NCBI GenBank assembly: GCA_963844965.1 | Contig: CAWJQC010000006.1 | Location: 58,014 to 122,013 of the forward strand | Source of the DNA: an uncultured bacterium | GTDB lineage: Bacteria; Patescibacteriota; Minisyncoccia; UBA6257; 2-01-FULL-56-20 | Direction of reading: 5' to 3' | Length of the DNA stretch: 64,000 nt | In this document: one piece after another, positions 17,600 through 27,001 of the stretch | Layout of the letters: every line of letters starts with the position of its first letter | Numbering within the stretch: the first letter of the stretch is position 1 | Translations under genes and position numbers: made by a program | Notes under the pieces: generated by a model | What the model was told of the DNA's origin: nothing | Databases searched by the model: none | Seen by the model: only the letters and a program-made list of their open reading frames with translations

Positions 17600-18244
17600 A
17601 TGAGCAGCAAAGCCATCGTTTTTCTCGTTTTAACGTTTGTGGCAGTTGTTTTGATTAACTGGTTGATCACCGGTCTTAGAAACCTCTCGCTTAACTATGC
17701 ACCAGCCAATTATGGGAATAGCGGCCTCACGGAAATCGATTTCAACTTCTTTTCCAAAAAAGAAAGCCGCAACTACATAACGCAGGGATACGGCTCCACG
17801 TATTTCTCGTTCCTTAATTACGCCGGACATTGGCACAACGGCATAGATATCGCCGCCAATTACGGCGCGCCGGTTCTGGCCGCGGCTTCGGGTGATGTTA
17901 TAGCCACCGGCAATCAGGACAATTTCTGCTACAAACGCGGCTTCGGAAAATTTGTCGCCGTAAAATCCGATAACCTCGGCCTCGTCACTTTCTACGCCCA
18001 CCTGGGAACGATTGACGTAAAAACCGGGCAAGAAATAAAAAAGAGCGGCCGAATCGGAACGGTCGGCGCGACCGGCTACGAAACGGGCACGCATCTCCAC
18101 TTCTCCGTCTTCAGCGCGAGCAGCTTCAGGATGGAAAATAAAAACGGCTGCGGGCCGGACCCTGTCGGCCAAGATTTGGACCCGTTGCAATACATAAATA
18201 AATTCATAATGTCTATCGCGCCAGTGCTACAGGTAAATTCTTAA
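17600..18244 (+). CDS. M23-family peptidase (LytM-like), membrane-anchored
   Basis: HWHNGIDIAANYGAPVLAAASGDVIATG...FYAHLGTIDVKTGQEIKKSGRIGTVGATGYETGTHLHFSVF. Confidence 0.75.
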   Translation: MSSKAIVFLVLTFVAVVLINWLITGLRNLSLNYAPANYGNSGLTEIDFNFFSKKESRNYITQGYGSTYFSFLNYAGHWHNGIDIAANYGAPVLAAASGDVIATGNQDNFCYKRGFGKFVAVKSDNLGLVTFYAHLGTIDVKTGQEIKKSGRIGTVGATGYETGTHLHFSVFSASSFRMENKNGCGPDPVGQDLDPLQYINKFIMSIAPVLQVNS

Positions 18245-18551
18245 ATCAAAACTCTGATTGCGCACAATATTCGTATACTTGCGCCCGTAGGTAATCCACG
18301 CTAAAATCACAGAGGCATAAAAAGCGGTACGATTCATGGGTGGAAAGGAGGCCTGAATCGCTTGCGGAAAATAGAATGGTGGAGGAGGGTGATGATGGGA
18401 CGAATCCCTAGGAAAAAGAGAGCATAAGAAGTGAAGGAGGTGATCCAGATTCTAGAAGGACGTTGACGGCGTCCTTCGATCCCGCGTAACCCCAACAAGG
18501 CACGCGGGAATTTTATTTTTGAAATGAGACGTTGATTATATAATTCTTAAA

Positions 18552-19055
18552 ATGATTTTAGCTACACACGCCATAGCCGGAGCCGCCATTGGGCGGCTGA
18601 CTAAAAATCCCCTGATCGCCTTTGCGCTCGGTTTCATGAGCCACTTCGTTTTGGACGCTATCCCGCACTGGCAATATGAACTCAAATCAAGGATATCAAG
18701 CGAAGATATAATGGCGGAAGACATGACGTTAAACGCCAAATTCATCCGCGACATATTTTTCGTCGCCCTAGATCTTGCTATCGGAATATTTGTGTCCCTT
18801 CTCGTCTTCGGCGGATGGGGCGCATTCATAAATCCGCCGGCGCCGATTATCGCCGGCATAGCGGGCGGCGTCCTTCCAGACGCCCTGCAATTCGTTTTCT
18901 GGAAATTCAGGCATGAACCGCTTACTACGCTCCAAAAATTCCACTCCTGGGCCCATGCCAAAGGAAGTTTCGGCTATAAATCAAAACTCGGGATTGCATT
19001 GCAGGTCGCTATCGCGGCGGTAATTATATCCGCTTCGTTGACCGTGGTTCGTTAA
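18552..19055 (+). CDS. Hypothetical polytopic membrane protein (possible membrane-bound metal-dependent hydrolase, YdjM-like)
   Basis: 167 aa with four or more TM helices. The His-containing motifs are only weakly suggestive. Confidence 0.3.
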   Translation: MILATHAIAGAAIGRLTKNPLIAFALGFMSHFVLDAIPHWQYELKSRISSEDIMAEDMTLNAKFIRDIFFVALDLAIGIFVSLLVFGGWGAFINPPAPIIAGIAGGVLPDALQFVFWKFRHEPLTTLQKFHSWAHAKGSFGYKSKLGIALQVAIAAVIISASLTVVR

Positions 19056-19101
19056 GATTCCAAGTATTCCCATTCCGCTTCAACCAGCTTAAACTAAAAG
19101 T

Positions 19102-19650
19102 ATGCGCACGATTTACTTCATAACCGGCAGTGAGGGAAAATTCAGGGAGGTGGAACATTTTTTGCGCGCGAAAAACATAAAGATAAAACGGATTAAGCTG
19201 AGTCTGGACGAAATTCAGGAACTGGACGCGGAAAAAATAATCAGGCACAAGGCGCGCGAGGCGGCAAGTAAAATAAGCGACGACTTCATCCTTGAAGACA
19301 CCTCGCTCTATATAAACGGACTGGGCGGACTGCCCGGCCCATTGATCAGATGGTTCCTGCAAGAATTAGGCAATGAAGGAATAAATTGGTTGGCGTCGCG
19401 GGTCGGCAACGGCAAAGCCCGCGCGGAAACTATTCTGGCATGCGCCAGAGGTGGCCGCGTTTTCTATTTCAAGGGCGCTACGAACGGAAAAGTTGTCAAA
19501 CCAAAAGGCAGGAATGATTTCGGCTGGGGGCCACTCTTCAAACCGAACGGCGCGCGCGAAACTTTCGGTGAGATGTCGGGAGACGAAAAAAATAAATGGA
19601 GTATGAGAATCAAAGCCGTTAAAAAATTAGCGGAATTTCTCGGCAGGTAA
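19102..19650 (+). CDS. Non-canonical purine NTP pyrophosphatase (Ham1/RdgB/ITPase family)
   Basis: MRTIYFITGSEGKFREVEHFL...ILEDTSLYINGLGGLPGPLIRWF...FGWGPLFKPNG. Confidence 0.8.
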   Translation: MRTIYFITGSEGKFREVEHFLRAKNIKIKRIKLSLDEIQELDAEKIIRHKAREAASKISDDFILEDTSLYINGLGGLPGPLIRWFLQELGNEGINWLASRVGNGKARAETILACARGGRVFYFKGATNGKVVKPKGRNDFGWGPLFKPNGARETFGEMSGDEKNKWSMRIKAVKKLAEFLGR

Positions 19651-19654
19651 ATCA

Positions 19655-20392
19655 ATGGAGCATGCTTTTTTGGAAATAGGCCACAGGGGCATGCCCGGCT
19701 GGCCAAGAAAAGGAGAAAACACGATGAGATCCTTTCGGCTGGCGCTAGCAAAAGGAGCCGACGCGCTTGAGTTTGACGTCCGCAAAACCAAAGACGGTCA
19801 ACTCGTCGTAATCCATGATTCAACAATTGACCGGACAACTGACGGCCACGGCAATGTCCACGATCTTTCTTACGGCGAACTTATGAAATTTGACGCGGGA
19901 TTCGGCGAGCGCATCCCCCGCCTCGCCGACATGCTTGATGAATTCGGCGGGAAGTGCCTCCTTAATATTGAACTCAAAGAACAAGGTATAGAAAAAGCCG
20001 TCAAAAGTGAAATCCTCGGCCACGGGCTGCAAAAGCTTCCGTACGTCAAGTCAGTCATCGTTTCCGCTTTTGACGCGGACGACAACGCTCCCAGCGCAAA
20101 CTCTTCGTGGGAACAACTCAAAGTATTCGCGCCGGAAATTCCCATCGCCTTAATCGCACGAATGTCAAAAATAGAACGGCTGGGAGACGAAGTATTTGTG
20201 CGAATCGCGAAGGAATACCGCGCCAAGGCAATCGTCCCAATGGCCGATGCCGCAACGACTGCGCTCGTGGAGCTGGCGCACGAAGAGGGACTGCTCGTTT
20301 ACACGGGTACGATTAACAACGCCGACGAAGCGGAACTCTTCCGCAAAATGGGGGTTGATGGCATCTTTTCGGATTGCGTGGAACGTTTGTGA
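19655..20392 (+). CDS. Glycerophosphodiester phosphodiesterase (GDPD/UgpQ family)
   Basis: IGHRGMPGWPRKGENTMRSFRLALAKGADALEFDVRKTKDGQLVVIHDSTIDRTTDGHG. Confidence 0.8.
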   Translation: MEHAFLEIGHRGMPGWPRKGENTMRSFRLALAKGADALEFDVRKTKDGQLVVIHDSTIDRTTDGHGNVHDLSYGELMKFDAGFGERIPRLADMLDEFGGKCLLNIELKEQGIEKAVKSEILGHGLQKLPYVKSVIVSAFDADDNAPSANSSWEQLKVFAPEIPIALIARMSKIERLGDEVFVRIAKEYRAKAIVPMADAATTALVELAHEEGLLVYTGTINNADEAELFRKMGVDGIFSDCVERL

Positions 20393-20395
20393 CAC

Positions 20396-20424
20396 TTGCC
20401 TTTTTGTTAAAATTAGATTATAAT
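20396..20424 (+). promoter_or_regulatory. sigma70-like promoter of ssrA (TTGCCT-N17-TATAAT)
   Basis: ctTGCCTttttgttaaaattagatTATAATcg, about 35 nt upstream of the tmRNA 5' end. Confidence 0.4.
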
Positions 20425-20457
20425 CGTAGCGACGATTACGGTTTGATGTTTTGACAT

Positions 20458-20771
20458 GGGGATGATCGGCTTCGATAAGGATAAGTCCTGAACTGGCAAG
20501 CCAAGAGCTAACTTGTAAATCTGGCAAAAAATCAATAACTGCCAACTCAAAAGTTGCAGCTCCAGCATTCGCTTACGCGTAACGTTGGACATCGGCTGAT
20601 CCGGGCTTCTTGGGTTAATACCGGTGTTATATAAGGAAGCTCGTTCCGAGTTGACGATTCTACGCTCGGCACTAAACACAGAATCATTTCTGTCTAGTTT
20701 AACTGGACTACGCTTGTAGAAGGTTTAAGCGATTTTATCCTTACACGGCGGTTCAATTCCGCCCATCTCCA
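20458..20771 (+). ncRNA. ssrA: tmRNA (SsrA); predicted tag ANSKVAAPAFAYA
   Basis: 5' GGGGATGATCGGCTTCGATAAGG resembles the tmRNA 5' consensus. An internal tag ORF ..GCC AAC TCA AAA GTT GCA GCT CCA GCA TTC GCT TAC GCG TAA is present. The 3' T-arm GGCGG-TTCAATT-CCGCC plus acceptor CATCTCC-A pairs with the 5' GGGGATG. Confidence 0.8.
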
Positions 20772-20948
20772 CTAAAACAAAAATACTCGCTCCTTGTGAG
20801 CGGGTGTTTTTGTTTCTTGTAAAATGGTCTGGCGGAATTGAACGAGGGGTGGGCCGGAGGGGAAACTCGGTGTCCCCTCCGTGTAGGAAATTACTCAAAA
20901 CCGAGGGTTGTGAGAGAGCGAGTTGCTGTATAGCGACTCGCGACGTGA

Positions 20949-20966
20949 AATTCCGCCCATCTCCAC
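20949..20966 (+). repeat. 18-bp direct repeat of the tmRNA 3' end (AATTCCGCCCATCTCCAC), att-like scar
   Basis: Identical to 20755..20772. A partial inverted copy (ggcggaattgaacg) lies at 20826..20840. Confidence 0.55.
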
Positions 20967-21173
20967 ATAACCAGAATTGAACTTTAGAAAACCCTCCAGA
21001 AGGGTTGAAAAATCTAGCCCGACCCTGATTTTTTCTTGGTTTTCCATTTTGCGTTTTTGAAACAGTATCACGCGAGGGAGTGAATATAAAAAAAACCGAC
21101 ACCTATTAGTGCCGGTTGTAAAGGATAGGTTTCTTTAGACAGTGATTCGACGGCTTTTTGCCGTTTTTTTTCG

Positions 21174-21956
21174 TTAAGCCGCAATCTTCTCGGCAAACAC
21201 GGACGGCGGCATCTTGAGGGCGGAGTGGATCCGCGTGTGGTTGTACTGCCACAAGGTGCTGTAGATCTCCGCCACGAGCTCGCCGAAGGTCCCGAACCGG
21301 TTGGGATCACCGAGGTCAATCTTGAACTTGTCATAGAACGATTCCTGGTAGCCGTTTTCCCATGGGGCACCGGGCCGCGACCGCGAGATCGTGATGCCAC
21401 AGTCCCCCAGTGTATCGGTGAACGCTCGTGCCTTGTACTCGCTGCCGTTGTCCGAATGGAAGATGACCGGATGCGGATGGTGGAAAAGCGCGTTGGCCAG
21501 GGTCTGTATCGTGAGGGGCGATCCTTTCCGCAACGCCACATGGACGCCCATCAATCGTCTCGTGAAAAGATCGAGTATCGTGGACACGTACACTTTCTTG
21601 CCGCGATACAGGAACTCCGTGAAATCGGTTGCCCAGACGTGGTTCGCGTACGAGGGCATGATGGCAAGTAAGAGGTTCGGAAAGGCCCGCGATGCCTTTG
21701 ATTTCCGGTATTTCCTGCCTCGCCTCCGGTACGGCCTTATGCCGAAGATTCGCATGACGCGCTGCGCTCGCGGACGGCTCACGCCCAGAGCTTGTCCCAA
21801 GCGCCGGGAACCGTATGCCGGATGGCGCTGCAATTCTTCTTCCATGCGGATCTTGAGCGCCCAATCTTTCTTGTCCTGCCGTGATACGTAGTAGAGCGAT
21901 GCCCGCGAGACGCCCATGGCCCGCGCCATGGCGGACTTGTTCCGCTTTTCCGTCAA
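21174..21956 (-). CDS. IS3-family transposase OrfB (DDE integrase core)
   Basis: ...YVSTILDLFTRRLMGVHVALRKGSPL...FHSDNGSEYKARAFTDTL...ISRSRPGAPWENGYQESFYDKFK. Confidence 0.8.
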   Translation of the reverse strand: MTEKRNKSAMARAMGVSRASLYYVSRQDKKDWALKIRMEEELQRHPAYGSRRLGQALGVSRPRAQRVMRIFGIRPYRRRGRKYRKSKASRAFPNLLLAIMPSYANHVWATDFTEFLYRGKKVYVSTILDLFTRRLMGVHVALRKGSPLTIQTLANALFHHPHPVIFHSDNGSEYKARAFTDTLGDCGITISRSRPGAPWENGYQESFYDKFKIDLGDPNRFGTFGELVAEIYSTLWQYNHTRIHSALKMPPSVFAEKIAA

Positions 21957-22216
21957 TTCTTTTTTTGGGCCTGGGAGAGCTTCACGGTGAGCTCGCCCAC
22001 CACTTCAAACAGCTCCCTGTTCTGCTTCTGGAGACGGCTGAACTCGCCCCAGGAAGGGACGCCCGATGCTCCTGCGCCTAGCCAATTGTAGATGGTGGAC
22101 TCGTGCAAACCGTGGTCCTTCGCAGCCTGCGCTACGGGGACTCCTTCTTCCTTCACCCGGCGGAGGATGTCCGCCTTCACTTCCTTCGCAATCCGATGCC
22201 CTTTTTTGTTGCTCAT
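21953..22216 (-). CDS. IS3-family transposase OrfA (HTH)
   Basis: MSNKKGHRIAKEVKADILRRVKEEGVPVAQAAKDHGLHESTIYNWL... Confidence 0.75.
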   Translation of the reverse strand: MSNKKGHRIAKEVKADILRRVKEEGVPVAQAAKDHGLHESTIYNWLGAGASGVPSWGEFSRLQKQNRELFEVVGELTVKLSQAQKKN

Positions 22217-22516
22217 GACACAATGGTAGTTTGTTTCGACCTTTGTGTCTAAATTATCCTATCCGGGTCAAAGCTTCAAGATTCGCCCACCGGTCTTTAT
22301 ACCAATTTATAATAACAGCAATAAATTACACAAACAGTTATCAGAACTCTCCAAGGAGGCTCATAAAAACTATTCCAATGAAAAAGTTATTGCCGAAATC
22401 GACCAAGAGATAAACGAAGTTTACTTGAAAGTTTGCCAGCAAGAAAATAAATAGCAATGAAAATACTCTTATAACTCTTCGAAGAAATGATGGGGATACT
22501 TAATTTAAACTAAGCC

Positions 22517-24028
22517 ATGAAAGCAATAATCTTATCTCGCGTATCAACGAAAGAGCAGGCCGATGAGGGGCAATCCATACCAGCGCAAACGGGACGGCTC
22601 ACTGAATACGTTAATAAAAAACAACTTGATCATTGGAAGGTTTTTGAGATCGCCGAAAGTTCTACGCACGATACAAGGAAAAAGTTTGATAAGGTTTTGG
22701 AGCTTATTAAGAAATCGCACGAGCCGCTTGCGCTTGTGGTTGAAACCGTTGACCGGCTGCAGCGGAGCTTTAAGGAAAGCGTTATTTTGGACGATCTGCG
22801 CAAAGAAGGCAAAGTTGAAATCCACTTTGTCCGCGAGGGCTTGATATTAACGAAGGATTCGAACAGCGCCCAGCTTTTACAATGGGATATGGGCGTGATG
22901 TTTGCCCGCAGCTACGTTTTGCAATTAAGCGATAACGTGAAGCGCAGCAATGAGCAGAAACTGAAGAACGGCGAATGGATAAGCAAAGCGCCGATAGGTT
23001 ATCGAAATATCAGGGATGAAAACGACAAGCCGGATATAGAAGTTGACCCCGAAGCATCGCCTTTTATCGTCAAGGTTTTCGAGCGCTACGCCACTGGCAA
23101 TTACTCGATGATTACGTTGGCCAAACAGATGCGCGAAGAAGGTTTTACCGGAAAACAACACGGCAATCCGATCACCGTTAGCCAGATAGAGCGCATACTT
23201 AAAAATTCTTTTTACTACGGCGTTATGGAGGTTCACGGCAAACAATATCAGCACCGCTACCCACCGCTTATCTCAATGCACCTGTTTTTGAAATGCCGCA
23301 AGGTTATAGAAAGTTGGAATAAAAAACCGTTTCAACACGCCGCGAGGCCATTTATCTTTCGAGGTATCCTATCGTGTGCAACCTGCGGTTGCGCCATTAC
23401 CGCAGAAATGGCAAAGGGCAAGTATATTTATTATCATTGCACGAATTTCAGGGGTATATGCGAGAAGGTATACGTGCCCGAAAAAGACCTTTTAAAGCCC
23501 ATAAAACGCTATCTGCGCAAGTTTGTGCTGCCGCAGGAAGGAATTGACTACGTTGTCGGTAAACTACGCACAACGACAGAAATCGAGCAGGAATACCACA
23601 ATCAGGCGATGGCTACCCTAAAAGCCGAATATGACCGCTACGAGGCCAGAATCAGCAAAATGACCGATGACAAATACGACGGCAGTATTACGCCCGAAAT
23701 CTACGACAAAAAATTGAAAGAGTATAAGGCAAAGCAGGCCGACTTATTGAATCAGATGCAGGATCACAGCAAAGCCGACGAGCAGCATCACCTTACGGCT
23801 ACGAAATTACTTGATGTTTGCAAACGCGCCGATTCAATCTTCGAAAGTTCTGAACCGGCTGAAAAACGGCAATTTTTGAATTTCGTATTTCAGAACTCGA
23901 CGCTAAACCGAAATAAGCCAATGTTTATGCTGAAACCCGTGTTTGCGGGCATAGTAAAAGCGCACGAAACTCATAAATGGGGTGCCTATCGGGATTCGAA
24001 CCCGAGCCGAGAGTGCCACAGACTCTAG
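22517..24028 (+). CDS. Large serine recombinase (resolvase N-terminus, recombinase domain and zinc ribbon)
   Basis: MKAIILSRVSTKEQADEGQSIPAQ (catalytic Ser region) ... CATCGCAI...YYHC zinc ribbon. The last ~17 codons overlap the tRNA-His gene on the opposite strand. Confidence 0.85.
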   Translation: MKAIILSRVSTKEQADEGQSIPAQTGRLTEYVNKKQLDHWKVFEIAESSTHDTRKKFDKVLELIKKSHEPLALVVETVDRLQRSFKESVILDDLRKEGKVEIHFVREGLILTKDSNSAQLLQWDMGVMFARSYVLQLSDNVKRSNEQKLKNGEWISKAPIGYRNIRDENDKPDIEVDPEASPFIVKVFERYATGNYSMITLAKQMREEGFTGKQHGNPITVSQIERILKNSFYYGVMEVHGKQYQHRYPPLISMHLFLKCRKVIESWNKKPFQHAARPFIFRGILSCATCGCAITAEMAKGKYIYYHCTNFRGICEKVYVPEKDLLKPIKRYLRKFVLPQEGIDYVVGKLRTTTEIEQEYHNQAMATLKAEYDRYEARISKMTDDKYDGSITPEIYDKKLKEYKAKQADLLNQMQDHSKADEQHHLTATKLLDVCKRADSIFESSEPAEKRQFLNFVFQNSTLNRNKPMFMLKPVFAGIVKAHETHKWGAYRDSNPSRECHRL

Positions 24029-24052
24029 TGCTGCCGTTACACCATAGGCACC
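23978..24052 (-). tRNA. tRNA-His (anticodon GUG) with G-1, C73 and encoded CCA
   Basis: Reverse complement: G(-1)-GTGCCTA-TG-GTGT-AACGGCA-GCAC-T-AGAGT-CTGTGGC-ACTCT-CGGC-TCGGG-TTCGAAT-CCCGA-TAGGCAC-C-CCA. Confidence 0.8.
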
Positions 24053-24065
24053 ATTATTCCTACAC

Positions 24066-24845
24066 TTGAAAATTTACCCGAATTCCGCATATTTTTCAAG
24101 TAAGCTGGGAAAGTTTCTGGGGCTTTGCTATAATGAATTCCAACTGAATATGTCCGTCATTTTGACGAACCTTGGGCTTCTGGCGAGCCAAAACATGTTT
24201 TTGGCTTATTTCATTATATATATCGCCACGATTTTTTTGGGTAACATTTCCGCCTTTGCCGCGTTCTGGGTAGTGTTCCACGGAGTTCTGGGATTCTGGG
24301 GCGTCCCGCTTCTTATACTCACGATTTTCGCGGCCGATATTAGCGGCGATCTCCTGTGGTATTCATTGGGTCGCGCACTTCGCGACACACGCTTCGGCAA
24401 CTTCGTAAAAAATCATCTGCGGCACCACGAAAAAATAGAACGCTCCGTGCAAAAGAACGGCGCGGGCTGGATAATCATGGCGAAGTTTCTATACGCTTCC
24501 GCCTTCCCTGTGATATTTCTAATCGGCTGGACGAGAATAAAATTCAAAAAGTTTTTCAAGACATCGCTTTTGTCGGTCGCGATTTGGCTGCCGATCCTCG
24601 CCGGCCTCGCCTACGGACTATTCTCCGGCCTCTCGCCCCTTGGCGCCGTAAGCATTTTCAAACACTTTGAACTCATCCTCTTAATCGGCTTGGTGATTTT
24701 CTTCGTGGCCGATTACTTCATTGCCAAACTCGCCAGAAAAATTCTCGGCAGGAAGCTGGGCATTCTGAATGGCAATGGCAACGGTAATAATCAATGTCCT
24801 GAAGCAAAATCAGGCGTAAATCCTAGGAGCGCCGATTGCACTTGA
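24066..24845 (+). CDS. DedA/SNARE-associated (VTT domain) family membrane protein
   Basis: 259 aa polytopic; ...FAADISGDLLWYSLGRALRDTRFGNF...IIMAKFLYASAFPVIFLIGWTRIKF. The C-terminal tail is NGNGNGNNQCPEAKSG. Confidence 0.55.
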   Translation: MKIYPNSAYFSSKLGKFLGLCYNEFQLNMSVILTNLGLLASQNMFLAYFIIYIATIFLGNISAFAAFWVVFHGVLGFWGVPLLILTIFAADISGDLLWYSLGRALRDTRFGNFVKNHLRHHEKIERSVQKNGAGWIIMAKFLYASAFPVIFLIGWTRIKFKKFFKTSLLSVAIWLPILAGLAYGLFSGLSPLGAVSIFKHFELILLIGLVIFFVADYFIAKLARKILGRKLGILNGNGNGNNQCPEAKSGVNPRSADCT

Positions 24846-24972
24846 CTTTTATTAAAATGTAGTCTATCATATGGACAGCCTGGGCCAACGGTCAATCTCA
24901 ATTAATCAACAGAAAAACCGAACCTGAGGCGTAACTTTGATAATGTAACAACGCAGAGGAGAGAGGTATGAG

Positions 24973-25635
24973 ATGAGATTCAAACTATCTTCGGTTGGCG
25001 GCGAGTATGCCAGCGTCTTTGAATTGACACACGGCGATCGGCAAATGTTGATTCTTAATCTGCGGACATTTCATAAACTTCCTGAAAATATTCCGGTTGG
25101 TGCTTCAACCGTAGTAGCCGGCATCGCGATCCCCCATTTCGGGAAAGTGGTGAAGACTGGGAGGAAACCAATCGTTTCTCATGGTGAGCGGATGCTCCCG
25201 GTCGGCAGTGAATGTTATGTTTTTTCTCCTGCCTCGTCGGGCTTTCTGACCGCGATGTTGGCCGCTGCGGCCGCCTCCGAATCGCCAGATTCATCGTTCA
25301 CTGTCCATCCGGTGATGATGCGGCAAGTTCCAAATGGAAACGGGAACGGCAATCATAAAGCCATTAAGCACGCCCTGACGGAAGCATTCGGAACTTGTTC
25401 CGAAGGATGGGGCGGCAACTTCCATATTTTCATCTGGGGAAAGATTGACGAGCCCGTCGCGCTACTTGTCCTTTGTAAGGAAGAATTTGAAGAGGAAGCG
25501 GCGCTACTGGTAGCTACTAAGGCCGCCGCGGGCGCGCTAACCCCCCTCATTGAGTCCTCCGAGTTTGAAGACTTGAAGGAAAAACGGGGATTAACGGCGT
25601 ACAACCGTGGTCCCCTCTGCCTTCTGGGGGACTAA
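24973..25635 (+). CDS. Hypothetical protein
   Basis: 220 aa, visibly GC-rich, contains an NGNGNGNH motif. No recognisable domain. Confidence 0.4.
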   Translation: MRFKLSSVGGEYASVFELTHGDRQMLILNLRTFHKLPENIPVGASTVVAGIAIPHFGKVVKTGRKPIVSHGERMLPVGSECYVFSPASSGFLTAMLAAAAASESPDSSFTVHPVMMRQVPNGNGNGNHKAIKHALTEAFGTCSEGWGGNFHIFIWGKIDEPVALLVLCKEEFEEEAALLVATKAAAGALTPLIESSEFEDLKEKRGLTAYNRGPLCLLGD

Positions 25636-25677
25636 AATCAGAGGTTAAAGTTTAAACGTACCGAGGCCTGTCCGCAC

Positions 25678-25706
25678 TTGACAGGCCTTTTTGTTTGCTG
25701 TATAAT
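25678..25706 (+). promoter_or_regulatory. Textbook sigma70 promoter (TTGACA-N17-TATAAT)
   Basis: cTTGACAggcctttttgtttgctgTATAATg; the -35 box is embedded in the hairpin ggcctgtccgcacttgacaggcc. Confidence 0.5.
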
Positions 25707-25786
25707 GTACACAGATTTAGTTAGACGTGGAATCCCAGCAACGGGATCACCACAAATTTGATAGCCAATACAAGGAGGGCCTAACC

Positions 25787-27001
25787 ATGGCCAGTAATGT
25801 AAAGAAAGCATTTGAGGAAGCTGGAATTGATGTTCCCGAAGTTCCCACCTCCGGCATCGCCGGAACGGAAACGACGGTACCACCTTCTGCTCCGGCGGAC
25901 GCAACTGCAACCGCTACAACACCGGCACCTTCCGTACCAGCAGCTACCGACACCACACCAACTGCCGACAAACAACCAGTTGTTCTTTCTTTCGGCAGAG
26001 TTGACCGGGAAGCCGCTGCCAAACTCCGCGAGCAGAAGAAGACGGAATTGGAAGCAATCCCGTCCTTCGTCGCGGAACTCGTTGTCTTGCTCAAGAACCC
26101 CCGCGAAGAGACCATACTGTCTATGACCGACGGCACCGAGCGTTCGCTCACCCTCGAAGAATTCGAGGCATACATCGCCACCGTCGTAAACGGGACCCAG
26201 CATCGCGGCGTCCGCCAATCGTTTACAACTGCCGTCGTGGAACAGATGTTGGGGCAATTTCCACCGTCTGATCATCTGTTCGGCGTCGCGTTCACGAGGG
26301 TTTCAACAGCGCTAACAGATACCGACGGAAGGGGCTTTTTCTTCGAAGTAGAGAAGGATTGGGCCCTGAAGAACCCCGGCAACGTAATCTGGATGTACAG
26401 GAGCGACGGGAGCGGCAAGGCGCCGTTCGCCTCGGTCGCACCGGACTCCACTCGTCTCATGATTGCCACCAAAAAGTGGCTGGACGAGATTGAGCGGGCG
26501 GAGAAATCCCGCATCAAAACCGGGACCAAGCCGTTCCTAGAAGCGTTTTACCAGGGCGGGGAAACCGCTTTCTTCCTCAAGAAGAAGGAGATTCCCCGCA
26601 GGGACGGCGGCACTATAATCCGAAAGGCCGGTCACTTCCGCATTCACATCGAAGACGGCAAAAACGGGAGAATCCGCCCAGTGGAGGCACTGGAATCGCC
26701 TCACCACGACCTGTTTGAGGAAATGACCTCTCGCAGGGAGTGGGTATCAATCGGCGTCCTAGCGCCGGAAATCGTCGGCGCCGACCCGGAAAATAGGCAG
26801 AAAATGATCGCCGCCTATTTCCGGGACGTGGAGAACTATGAGCAGCGCAAGCGGTTCATCCGTTTCGCGCACATCATAATCGATGGCTACATCGACGCCC
26901 TGGCATCCGAGAAGAAGGCGGCCGAGGCGCACGAAGGTGGCCGAGAAGCCGGTACCTGCGGCCAAAACTGCCGAAACCAAACCCACCGGAGAGCACCGTG
27001 A
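25787..27001 (+). CDS. Hypothetical large protein, part 1 (probably continues into 26883..27788 through a frameshift)
   Basis: The start was chosen at MASNVKK after the RBS aaggaggg. The ORF overlaps the next ORF by 119 nt in another frame. The second frame (KVAEKPVPAAKTAETKP...) looks more protein-like across the overlap. Confidence 0.45.
   Translation: MASNVKKAFEEAGIDVPEVPTSGIAGTETTVPPSAPADATATATTPAPSVPAATDTTPTADKQPVVLSFGRVDREAAAKLREQKKTELEAIPSFVAELVVLLKNPREETILSMTDGTERSLTLEEFEAYIATVVNGTQHRGVRQSFTTAVVEQMLGQFPPSDHLFGVAFTRVSTALTDTDGRGFFFEVEKDWALKNPGNVIWMYRSDGSGKAPFASVAPDSTRLMIATKKWLDEIERAEKSRIKTGTKPFLEAFYQGGETAFFLKKKEIPRRDGGTIIRKAGHFRIHIEDGKNGRIRPVEALESPHHDLFEEMTSRREWVSIGVLAPEIVGADPENRQKMIAAYFRDVENYEQRKRFIRFAHIIIDGYIDALASEKKAAEAHEGGREAGTCGQNCRNQTHRRAP

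Larger units (their letters stand above)
21117..22270 (-). mobile_element. IS3-family insertion sequence (orfA plus orfB with a -1 slippery site)
   Basis: Imperfect terminal IRs: TGtaaaGGATAGGtttctttagaca... versus reverse complement TGacccGGATAGGataatttagaca... It encloses the HTH orfA 21953..22216 and the DDE/rve orfB 21174..21956, which overlap at the slippery site A AAA AAG (ggcccaaaaaaagaattg). Confidence 0.6.

Noticed and set aside
24767-25350. Shared NGNGNGN(N/H) peptide motif at the C-terminus of the DedA-like gene and inside the next gene
   Set aside because: It is short and low-complexity, and the DNA versions differ (aatggcaatggcaacggtaat versus aatggaaacgggaacggcaat), so coincidence or a trivial slippage-prone repeat is as likely as anything functional.
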